In this document: positions 56,057 to 64,000 of the stretch, piece by piece
Layout: each line of letters starts with the position of its first letter
Position numbering within the stretch: position 1 is the first letter of the stretch
Assembly: GCA_965203805.1 (NCBI GenBank)
Contig: OZ241917.1
Span: forward strand, 5,280,001 to 5,344,000
DNA from: Candidatus Latescibacterota bacterium
GTDB lineage: Bacteria; Latescibacterota; UBA2968; GCA-2709665
Direction: 5' to 3'
Length of the DNA stretch: 64,000 nucleotides
Made by a program: the position numbers and the translations under genes
Notes under the pieces: model-generated
What the model was told of the DNA's origin: nothing
What the model saw: the letters and a program-made list of their open reading frames with translations, nothing else
Database searches by the model: none

Positions 56057-58333
56057 TCAGTTCGACGGCGGCGCCTTGCTCTCCGACATTTGTACCGGTT
56101 CATCGCGAGCGGCGCTTCGTTGCGCGCGAATCTTCCGGATCAGCCAACCGTATTGCTGCAGGACGGGATCGTCCTCTCGTTTCGCCTTCGTCAATTCGAG
56201 GTATTTCGCGAGGTACCTCGCCCCCCTTTCCGTCAGGCCAACGTGGATAAGCCCTACGTAGGCGCCGGCCGAAAGCCCGGAGTCCGCAAGCCTGCGAAGT
56301 TCCAGCTTTGCATCGGCCAGCCTGCCCTGTGCGAGATATACCTCACGCAAAAGCAGTCGTCCCAACGCAAACTCCGGCTTTACCCTCAGGCTGCGCTTGA
56401 AAGCCATTCCTGCCTGCTTCCAGTCTTTGCGGCGGTAGGCCTCGACGCCGTCGATGACGTATTTGTCCGGTAGCGCGGGATCTGTGCGGATATCCGCCTT
56501 CCACCGATCGAGCAGGTCCTGCACGTTCGCGCTGGTGCGCCGGTACACGACAACACGGGGATGGTCGAATCCCGTGACCGTGGGTTCGGCGTCGGCTTCG
56601 GAATAGGTGAATCCGAGGATTTCGGGGGAGATCTTGAACTGCGCGACACGTTCGAAACCCAGGGTCTGTTCGGCCAGGCGGCGGTAGTAGGTGTGGGCGA
56701 TCGGGAATCGCCGCTGCACGTTCTTGAAAGGCAGCGACCGGTTTTCCTCGATCAGGACAATCCAGTCGACGCCGGCCAGCCGGTTTTCAATGAATTCGAC
56801 GTGCGCCTCGTAGGGCAGGTTGCCGTCGGCGGACAGAAACCAGGCGGCCTCGTCGAGCCTCCGCTTGTACCGGTCCGCCGGCGCCATCCAGGCCGTCGGG
56901 TAGCCGCCCCGTTCGGTCAGCACGCCAGCCCCTTCGGGGATATTCCGCTTGATCCATCCGGCCGCCTCGAACCGGCTGCTGGAACGGTAGACGCGCGCTG
57001 TCGCGATGCCGTACGCGGCCGTGGGAATCGCCACCAGCGCCACGGGCAGAGCGTAAACCCAGAACTGTTTCCAGCGCCGGCGCATCCAATCGACTGCCTC
57101 CATGCAGGCCCATGCGCCCATTACCGCCATAAGGGGTTGCATCGGTACGGTATACCGAAGGGGTTTGGTGTGGAGCCCGGCCACCATGTAGAAGTACGGC
57201 CCGAGCCAGGCCAGCAGAACCCACCATCCGCTCTGCCGCTTCCACAAGGCCAGCGCAACCCCGCACAGGGCCGCAATTTCCAGGGGCGTTCCCAGCGCGT
57301 ACCGGAACAGGTGGGTGACGAAGAACAGATAAGGCGTGGTGGCGTAATCGTAGAGCGCCCAGATGCGGACCGTCTCGCCTTTCGCGATCTTCAGGCTGGG
57401 CAGGAAGTTCCGCATGTCTTTCGAACTGAAGAACTCGCCGGGCTTGAGCAGCAGGGGTTCGCAGGCCACCGCGACCGCAACCACGACCGCGGCGCAAAGC
57501 AGCGTTCGCGGCGTGAACGCCCGTTTCAGACGGTCCCGGACCAATATGGCCCCGGCCGCCATCCAACGCGACCTCCGTTTCCGTTTCCCGCGTTGATCTT
57601 CTCCGGTCTCCACCGGTGTTTGCGCAGGCCATAGGTGCGCCAGCAGAAAGGGCAGGCACAGCATGCCCGCCATCAGCCGTGTGCCGGCCGCCATGCCGCA
57701 GACCAGCCCGCACACCAGGTAGGGGCGGGTACGGTCGGACGGCAGTTTCAGGATAAGGTAGACAGCGAGGGTCGTCCAGAACGCGAGGGACACGTCCACG
57801 GTATAGTAGTGGCACTGCTGGATATGCCCGGCGCAAAACGCCAGAAAAGCCGCGCCAAGCAAGCCCGTCCGGATGCCCGCAAGATGGCGGCCGATGGCGA
57901 ATACGACCCACACCGTCAGGACGCCCAGAGTCGCGGAGATTCCGCGACCCATGAGGTGGGTGAATCTCATCGACTGATTGTCGTCCTTGACGAACGGTTG
58001 GATTCCAACGACGAAGCCGGCGCCGTTGGCGAGGGTCCACAGGACGTATGCAGGGCCCTTGGCATAGGCCGTAACGGCCCTCGTCACTTCCACGCCCACC
58101 AGGCCGGCGCTTTCCACAACCGTGCGTTCATCGGGATGGAAGGCATGAAACCTGCCGGTTTCCGGATCGGTCCCCCAGCCTATTCCATAGAACCGGAGCG
58201 CTGCCGAGGCAACCAGGATGAAGATCAGGAGCCCGTACGCGCCCCGATTTTCTCTGATCGTGGAAATAGCGTCGATATCAGCCTCTAACCTTGATTCGTC
58301 ATTATTCCGGGACGTTAATTCGAATATGTGCAA
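56057..58333 (-). CDS. GT-C glycosyltransferase (family 39 / ArnT-PMT-like) with C-terminal TPR; start uncertain
   Basis: LRFYGIGWG...FHPDE, multiple TM helices, HYYTVD and RYTVP; TPR-like tail. The nominal TTG start lies inside the 77-bp repeat. Confidence 0.85.
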   Translation of the reverse strand: MHIFELTSRNNDESRLEADIDAISTIRENRGAYGLLIFILVASAALRFYGIGWGTDPETGRFHAFHPDERTVVESAGLVGVEVTRAVTAYAKGPAYVLWTLANGAGFVVGIQPFVKDDNQSMRFTHLMGRGISATLGVLTVWVVFAIGRHLAGIRTGLLGAAFLAFCAGHIQQCHYYTVDVSLAFWTTLAVYLILKLPSDRTRPYLVCGLVCGMAAGTRLMAGMLCLPFLLAHLWPAQTPVETGEDQRGKRKRRSRWMAAGAILVRDRLKRAFTPRTLLCAAVVVAVAVACEPLLLKPGEFFSSKDMRNFLPSLKIAKGETVRIWALYDYATTPYLFFVTHLFRYALGTPLEIAALCGVALALWKRQSGWWVLLAWLGPYFYMVAGLHTKPLRYTVPMQPLMAVMGAWACMEAVDWMRRRWKQFWVYALPVALVAIPTAAYGIATARVYRSSSRFEAAGWIKRNIPEGAGVLTERGGYPTAWMAPADRYKRRLDEAAWFLSADGNLPYEAHVEFIENRLAGVDWIVLIEENRSLPFKNVQRRFPIAHTYYRRLAEQTLGFERVAQFKISPEILGFTYSEADAEPTVTGFDHPRVVVYRRTSANVQDLLDRWKADIRTDPALPDKYVIDGVEAYRRKDWKQAGMAFKRSLRVKPEFALGRLLLREVYLAQGRLADAKLELRRLADSGLSAGAYVGLIHVGLTERGARYLAKYLELTKAKREDDPVLQQYGWLIRKIRAQRSAARDEPVQMSESKAPPSN

Positions 58334-58362
58334 GTGAATAAAGGTGATTTAACTGCTGATTT
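58286..58362 (-). repeat. Third copy of the 77-bp core element, inverted
   Basis: Reverse complement differs from 52190-52266 and from 53985-54061 at about 5 positions each. Confidence 0.92.
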
Positions 58363-58380
58363 TGTCGCATTAAGGCTAAC

Positions 58381-59124
58381 CTATCGATATCTGCGAAAGA
58401 TTTCAATCATTCCGAAGATCGCGATGACGAAGTCGCGAACTCTGATTTTCGATCCCGCCGCGTCCCGCCATTCCGAAAGGGGGACTTCGTACACGATGTC
58501 CCGCACCTGCGGTCGCTGCGTACCCGTTCTGGCTCGCATCAGCCTGGCGATGATTTCGACGTCGAAGATCCATCGGGTGGCGAAGGGTTCCCGAAACAGC
58601 GCGGGCAGCCCCGCCGTTGCCCGGAACAGTTTCGCTCCGCATTGCGTGTCATAAATGTCCACGCGAAGAAACAGGGAGGCGGCAATCGCGAACAGTCTGC
58701 TCAGGGAGTGCCTCAACCGGTTGCGCCTGATTGCCCTTCCCAGAAGGCGCACCCGCGCGCCGAAGGCCATCTCGATTTCCGGCCTGCCGTCCAGGACGCC
58801 GCGGAACTCCCGGATGGCTGCCAGCGGCGTGGCGAGGTCCGCATCCCAGAATCCGACGTAGTCGGGATCGGATTCGAACGCCTTAAGGAATCCCTGCCGT
58901 ACAGCCTCGCCCTTGCCGGAGTTCTCCGCGAGGGTATGTACGTCAAATGAACCGGTGTCCGAGGCCCGCAAAGCAGAAAGCACCTCGGCCGTGGCGTCGG
59001 TGCTGCCGTCGTCGACGAACAGGAACCTGATGCCGGGCGTCCTTCTGACGAATCCACGAAACGTCTCAACGGGAAGGCGGCCCGCTTCGTTATAACACGG
59101 GACGACGATAATCGTATCCGACAT
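58381..59124 (-). CDS. GT2 glycosyltransferase (polyprenyl/dolichyl-phosphate glycosyltransferase-like)
   Basis: VVPCYNEA, VDDGSTD, NSGKGEAVRQG, WDADLATP, DTQCGAKLF and FDVEI motifs. Confidence 0.92.
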   Translation of the reverse strand: MSDTIIVVPCYNEAGRLPVETFRGFVRRTPGIRFLFVDDGSTDATAEVLSALRASDTGSFDVHTLAENSGKGEAVRQGFLKAFESDPDYVGFWDADLATPLAAIREFRGVLDGRPEIEMAFGARVRLLGRAIRRNRLRHSLSRLFAIAASLFLRVDIYDTQCGAKLFRATAGLPALFREPFATRWIFDVEIIARLMRARTGTQRPQVRDIVYEVPLSEWRDAAGSKIRVRDFVIAIFGMIEIFRRYR

Positions 59125-59588
59125 AGGATTAAAACCGTGACCTACTTCACGCACCGACGAGAATGACAACGAACTCATACGAAGAAACGAAGACGCAGAG
59201 AAGACGAGAGAACGAGAAGACGAGAGAACGACGAAAAAACCGTGAACATAAGACGGCGGACATCAGGCAACAATGCAGGAAAAGGCAAACAGAGTGACTG
59301 CCAGGATCGGCAAATGGTGGTATTTGGGCCCCTGTTGCGGAGCTGTCTGAGAGAAATTGAAGGGTTTCGGAAGGCGGTCGCGTTCAGCTGGTGAGGTGAT
59401 GAATGTGCGGTAGATTTCGAGGAATATAGCGTATGCCCTTACGCATGTCAACGCAATCGCCGGGCCCGACAGCCGACCGGCAGCGGGGCGCACACGCGCT
59501 TTATGCGAGGGAGTTTCGGACCGCCCGACGTTGTATCGACGGGTTCCGGCGGGACCCCGCCGAATGGCTTCGAGACAACCTGCCGTGC

Positions 59589-59617
59589 TTGACAAAGGAA
59601 TGTACAGGCCGTAGATT
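59589..59617 (+). promoter_or_regulatory. Sigma70 promoter upstream of larA
   Basis: TTGACA-17bp-TAGATT. Confidence 0.6.
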
Positions 59618-59676
59618 TCGCTGGCAATGGGAGGTGTCGGGCAGTGGACGAGGATCCGCCGAAATCGGAGATCTTC

Positions 59677-60960
59677 ATGCTCAGTGATGAACATCGGGTC
59701 GAGGTTGCGTTCGGGCGCGGCAGCGTGAGCGTCAACGCGGACCCCGACCTGGCGGAATGGGAGGTGATTCGCCCGACCTTCGAGGAGGCGATCCCGGACC
59801 CGAAACCCCGTTTTCGGGAAGCGGTCGAGAATCCGGTCGCCTCCGATCCCCTCGGCGAACTGGTCTCGCCGGGGGACAGCGTGGTCATCGTCACGTCCGA
59901 CGGTACCCGCCCCGTGCCCAACCGGCAGTTGATTCCCTGGATTCTGGAAGCCCTGCCGGCGCCCGGGGAACAGGTCACGGTGTTGCTGGGAAACGGCACG
60001 CATCGGGCGAATACGGATGCGGAAATCGCGGGAATGTTCGGAAGCGCTGTCGCCGGCCGGATAAGGATCCGGAACCATGACGCGTACGACCGATCGAATA
60101 ACGTGCACCTGGGCAGGTCCGCGTGCGGAACGGACGTATGGCTGGACAAAGCGTACGTGGAGGCGGACAAGCGGATCGTGTTGGGATTCATAGAACCCCA
60201 TTTCTTCGCCGGTTTTTCGGGCGGTCCGAAGGGCGTGGCGCCGGGAGTGGCGGGCGTCGAAACGATCTATCGGCTGCATCGGTCCGACCTGATCGCGAAT
60301 CCGATGAGTACATGGGGGGTGCTCGACGGGAACCCCCTGCAACGGGAGGTCCGAGAAGCCGTTGCGCTCTGTCCGCCGGACTTCCTGGTCAACGTAACGC
60401 TGAACGACAAAAAGGCGATATCGGGGTTCTATGCGGGGAATTACCTGGAAGCCCATCGACGGGGGTGCGACGCCGCCAGGGCGGCCTCGATGGCGCCGGT
60501 CGACGGGCCGTTCCACGTCGCGCTGACGTCGAACAGCGGGTACCCGCTGGACCAGAACCTCTATCAGGCCGTCAAGGGCATGTCGGCAGCCGCCCGCATC
60601 GTGGAAGACGGCGGGACCGTGCTCGTTGCCAGCGAGTGCAGCGACGGCGTACCGGATCACGGCAACTTCGCCGAATTGATGCGGGCCGGACAGGGGCCCC
60701 GGGACGTCCTGAAGGCGGTGCACGACCGGGAGCCCATTCCGGACCAGTGGCAGGCACAGACCCTGGCTGCCATTCTCGAACGCGTTGAAGTGGGCGTTTA
60801 TTCAAGTATGGATCGGGCCGATATCGAGGCGTGCAAGCTGGCCGCCGTGGAAGACCTGGATGCGACCCTTCGGGAAGAGATCCGGGCGGCCGGCAGCCGC
60901 GCGCGGGTGGCGGTGCTGCCGGACGGCCCGTTGACCATTCCATACCTGTCGGATCAATAA
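59677..60960 (+). CDS. larA: Nickel-pincer-dependent lactate racemase (LarA) family 2-hydroxyacid racemase/epimerase
   Basis: DGTRP, GTHR, NHD, EPHFFAGFSGGPK and GYPLDQNLYQAVKG motifs. Confidence 0.9.
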   Translation: MLSDEHRVEVAFGRGSVSVNADPDLAEWEVIRPTFEEAIPDPKPRFREAVENPVASDPLGELVSPGDSVVIVTSDGTRPVPNRQLIPWILEALPAPGEQVTVLLGNGTHRANTDAEIAGMFGSAVAGRIRIRNHDAYDRSNNVHLGRSACGTDVWLDKAYVEADKRIVLGFIEPHFFAGFSGGPKGVAPGVAGVETIYRLHRSDLIANPMSTWGVLDGNPLQREVREAVALCPPDFLVNVTLNDKKAISGFYAGNYLEAHRRGCDAARAASMAPVDGPFHVALTSNSGYPLDQNLYQAVKGMSAAARIVEDGGTVLVASECSDGVPDHGNFAELMRAGQGPRDVLKAVHDREPIPDQWQAQTLAAILERVEVGVYSSMDRADIEACKLAAVEDLDATLREEIRAAGSRARVAVLPDGPLTIPYLSDQ

Positions 60961-60966
60961 ACCCGA

Positions 60967-60997
60967 AGCTGTCAGCAATCAGCTATCAGCCGTCAGC
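60967..60997 (+). repeat. AGCnnTC heptamer repeat x4
   Basis: agctgtc agcaatc agctatc agccgtc agc. Confidence 0.75.
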
Positions 60998-61159
60998 CAG
61001 AATCAAAGACAGACAGCAAATGGCGATCGGCGAGTCTACCGCGAAACCGTGAGGTTGGCCTCGCAGGAACAACTTTCGCCGGCTCGGTTTAGAGGTTGGG
61101 GCTTTGTCCTGCACATCCTGTCCATGTAAGTCCTGTTTTGTGATCTGGAGAGGTCAAAC

Positions 61160-63697
61160 ATGCCGGAAAATGTGGCAGTCGGGTTGCAGGTGGTCGAATC
61201 CGCCGGGGTCGAACGTTGTCATTGGCCGGTGACGCGGGGGGTCCCGTTTCCGAGCGGCGCCGTTCGGAATCCGGCCCGGTTGGGCGTGAAAGACGCGGAC
61301 GGCCGCCCGGTGTCCGCGCAGTTCCGCGTGTTGAGTCGCTGGCCGGACGAGAGTCTGAAGTGGGTCCTCGTGGACTTTCAGGCGGATGTGCCGCCGGGTG
61401 GCAGCTCGTCCTATACTGTCTGTGAGAGCGGTGAACGGGCTGACCCCGGAGAGGACGTCCGTGTTCGGGAGGACGACGAGAGACTGGTCGTGTGTACGGG
61501 TCCCCTCCGTTTCGCCGTGAACCGCAGGCGGTTTTCCCTGGTGGAGTCGGTGGCGTTGGGCAGGACGGACGCGGACGGCGGGTTTACGCAGGAGGCGGAA
61601 GTCGCAAGTCCCGGCGGGGACGCCTGGGTGCGAATCAGCGAGTCGTTTCTGGACGACGAAGGGAAGCGGTACATTTACGGGATGGGCGGCGACTGCCTGG
61701 CGTCGCTCGCGGAGACCTCATACGACGTGAGCATCGAGGAAGCAGGCCCGCTCCGGGCCGTGATCCGGTGTGAAGGCGCATTCGAGGCGGACGTGCCGAT
61801 GCACCATTATTCGGGGTACCGGCCGTTTCGTTTCGTGACCCGAATCTACGCGTATGCCGGCCGTTCCGAGATACGTGTGCTGCACACCGTGGTTGCGGCG
61901 TGCAACCCGAGGGAGACGGAAGTGGAGGAGATCGGGCTGCGCGTTCCGGCCTCGCTCTCCGGCGCCGTGAATTACCGCGTTGCCGCAAGCCGGGAGATCG
62001 CGGGCGGGGCGGCCGCCGGTGAATCGCTGTTGCTCTCCCAGCGGCTTCACAATCACTTTCGCCTGGAGCGGCGTGAGGGCGGGCGCATTGGAACGCTTGC
62101 CGAAGGGGACCGCACCGAGGGCTGGGTCACCTGCGAAGACGGCCGGGTCGGCCTTGGCGTCGGCCTGCGCTACATGCCCGAGGAATTCCCGAAAGCGCTG
62201 GGCGTATCCGGCGTCGGCGACGGCATCGACGTGTACTGCTGGAAGGATCCCGACGGGAAACGCCTTTCGCTCAAACGGTATTCGGAGGCCGTGGCGTGGG
62301 ATGAAGGCGAGGGGGTTTACGCGGATGGCACCGGTACGTCCAAGACGACGGAGTTCTTTGTCTGTTTCTACCGGGCATCGGAAAGCGACGGCGTTCCCGA
62401 TCGTTTGAGAGGATGGCTCGATCCGCCGCACGTATCGGCAGATCCGGTCTCCATGGCGGCAGGCGGAGCGACGGGGGGTTTTCAACCCCTTGACGAGGGA
62501 CGTTTCCCGAAATCCGAGCGGATGATGTCGGCCTTCCTCGAGTGGCTGCAGCGGAATATCGAACTGGGCGCCTGGTACGGCTTTTTTGACTGGGGCGATG
62601 CGCTGGTGGCCTGGGACCAGGGTACCGACGACTGGCGGTTTTACGGTCGCTGGGGGTGGTGCAACAGCGAGTGGGATCCGCGCCACGGGGTCTGGATCCA
62701 GTACATGCGGACGGGCGAGCCGCGGCATTTTCTGCTCGGCGAAGCCATGACCCGGCATTCGGTGGACGTGGATACCTGCCACTACCACCCGTTCAGACCC
62801 TATATGGTGGGCGGCTGTTTCCGCCATAGCGTGGACCACTTCGGAGATGAGAGTTGCGCATCCCATACGTTTCTTGACGGCTGGATGGACTATTACTACC
62901 TGACGGGCGACCTGCGAACGCTGGAGGTGATCCGCGAGGCGGGCGAGTTTCTGTCGCGATACCAGTGGACGGAAGACCCTGCGTTCAGCTTCAGCCTGCG
63001 CAGCATATCGAACGCGCTGCGCGGCCTGCTTTACGTGTACGAGGTTACTGGCGAGGCGCGTTTCAAGTCACGGGCGCTCGAGGTGTATGACGCGATTGCG
63101 CGGGGCCAGAACGACGATGGAAGCTGGCACAAACGGTTTCAGATTTCCACCGCCGACCGGCTGCCCGACCAGCGGCCGTACGGCATGGCCACCGAGGGCA
63201 CCACGCTGGCCGTGGAGATGGGCACGGCCTCACCGTTTACCGAGGCCGAGTTTCGCAAGCTGAGGGGGGACGCGAAGTCGGTTCACAGGGTCCTGCCGGT
63301 TTCGGAGCAGAAGGGCTATCAGACCCATTACCTCCTGGTTGGCCTGGAATTGCTGCACCGGCTCACCGGAAGGGAAGACGTCGAGGAGGTCTACCGCCGT
63401 GCCGTGGACTGGTTCTGTGGCTATCCCGGCGCTTTGAACGCGGAAAAAGCCATCCAGGAGCGGTACGGAGGCGTCCTGTGCCGGCACCTGGGCTATGCGT
63501 ACCGGCTGACGGGGAACGTGAAATACCTGGAGATCGGTCAGGCGGTGCTGCAGGTCCTGATAGAAAGCCAGGACTGGGGAGACGATCCGAAACGCCGGGG
63601 GGCGGTCGAAATGAGTCCGATGCACATCAGTCTGTTGTTTTTCGGCGTTCCCTGCCTTCTCGGCGCGCTTGCGGACGCGGACCTGGGCGAAGAATAA
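61160..63697 (+). CDS. PcRGLX/YetA-like (exo-rhamnogalacturonan lyase-like) protein
   Basis: N-terminal PVTRGVPFPSG...WPDESLKW; WYGFFDWGD...WCNSE...EAMTRHSVDVD core. Confidence 0.7.
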   Translation: MPENVAVGLQVVESAGVERCHWPVTRGVPFPSGAVRNPARLGVKDADGRPVSAQFRVLSRWPDESLKWVLVDFQADVPPGGSSSYTVCESGERADPGEDVRVREDDERLVVCTGPLRFAVNRRRFSLVESVALGRTDADGGFTQEAEVASPGGDAWVRISESFLDDEGKRYIYGMGGDCLASLAETSYDVSIEEAGPLRAVIRCEGAFEADVPMHHYSGYRPFRFVTRIYAYAGRSEIRVLHTVVAACNPRETEVEEIGLRVPASLSGAVNYRVAASREIAGGAAAGESLLLSQRLHNHFRLERREGGRIGTLAEGDRTEGWVTCEDGRVGLGVGLRYMPEEFPKALGVSGVGDGIDVYCWKDPDGKRLSLKRYSEAVAWDEGEGVYADGTGTSKTTEFFVCFYRASESDGVPDRLRGWLDPPHVSADPVSMAAGGATGGFQPLDEGRFPKSERMMSAFLEWLQRNIELGAWYGFFDWGDALVAWDQGTDDWRFYGRWGWCNSEWDPRHGVWIQYMRTGEPRHFLLGEAMTRHSVDVDTCHYHPFRPYMVGGCFRHSVDHFGDESCASHTFLDGWMDYYYLTGDLRTLEVIREAGEFLSRYQWTEDPAFSFSLRSISNALRGLLYVYEVTGEARFKSRALEVYDAIARGQNDDGSWHKRFQISTADRLPDQRPYGMATEGTTLAVEMGTASPFTEAEFRKLRGDAKSVHRVLPVSEQKGYQTHYLLVGLELLHRLTGREDVEEVYRRAVDWFCGYPGALNAEKAIQERYGGVLCRHLGYAYRLTGNVKYLEIGQAVLQVLIESQDWGDDPKRRGAVEMSPMHISLLFFGVPCLLGALADADLGEE

Positions 63698-63720
63698 CGC
63701 TATTGCCGGGATCAGTAAAT

Positions 63721-63748
63721 AGTGGCCGGTGGCCGGTGGTCAGTGATC
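63721..63748 (+). repeat. RGTGRYC heptamer repeat x4
   Basis: agtggcc ggtggcc ggtggtc agtgatc. Confidence 0.65.
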
Positions 63749-63884
63749 AGGAAGAGCAGTCGCTCGCTTCCATTTATTCTCAGGATCGGCAAACAGTCGA
63801 CACCCACAGACCCCACGAAAGAAGAGTGGGAGGATGTAAACTACAGGGTACTCCCCGTAATAACTATTTCTGGAGGTTGGAAAG

Positions 63885-64000
63885 ATGGCAGGAAGCGGGT
63901 GTGTGCGGGTCGGCATTCTGGGCCAGGGACGCAGCGGTCGGGATATTCACGCGGAGTGGCTGGCCCGGTCCCCTGCGAAATACCGGATTGCGGCCGTGTC
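63885..64000 (+). CDS. Gfo/Idh/MocA oxidoreductase (5' part; runs off window)
   Basis: RBS GGAGG; MAGSGCVRVGILGQGRSGRDIH Rossmann start. Confidence 0.8.
   Translation, partial: MAGSGCVRVGILGQGRSGRDIHAEWLARSPAKYRIAAV

Overview
High-GC bacterial chromosomal window. Ankyrin, WG and TPR repeat proteins, many sugar-acid and polysaccharide-lyase-like enzymes and dense REP-type repeats suggest a Latescibacterota/Gemmatimonadota-like, possibly host-associated organism; this is inference only. Most of the window is metabolic: TonB, LivK-type SBP, UxuA/HpcH/SDR/lactonase, acyl-CoA ligases, thiolase-DUF35, ProA, M16 peptidase, ALS, heparinase-like, GT2/GT39, LarA and a PcRGLX-like protein. A defence/TA island at about 38.6-53.4 kb carries Uma2, a RelE-type TA pair, a DUF4268 nuclease, a type I Zorya operon (zorABCD), Phd with a truncated VapC, an orphan long helical protein and a Panacea TA pair. 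In zorD the Mrr nuclease domain is cut off by an in-frame TGA. Features not explained by ordinary annotation: (i) four accessory cassettes, each bracketed by a diverged direct repeat of its left flank, with no integrase in view; in three cases the repeat is the upstream gene's 3' end; (ii) a 77-bp element in three copies, two of them inverted around a convergent gene pair; (iii) tiny palindromic elements nested inside one another and inside REPs; (iv) two homologous 165-190 aa helical putative antitoxins; (v) an Lsa/VmlR-like ABC-F with a structured uORF leader; (vi) an ECF sigma-WG-repeat fusion with an internal RBS. I found no rRNA, tRNA, CRISPR array or intact transposase/integrase. All family calls come from motif recognition, not database searches.
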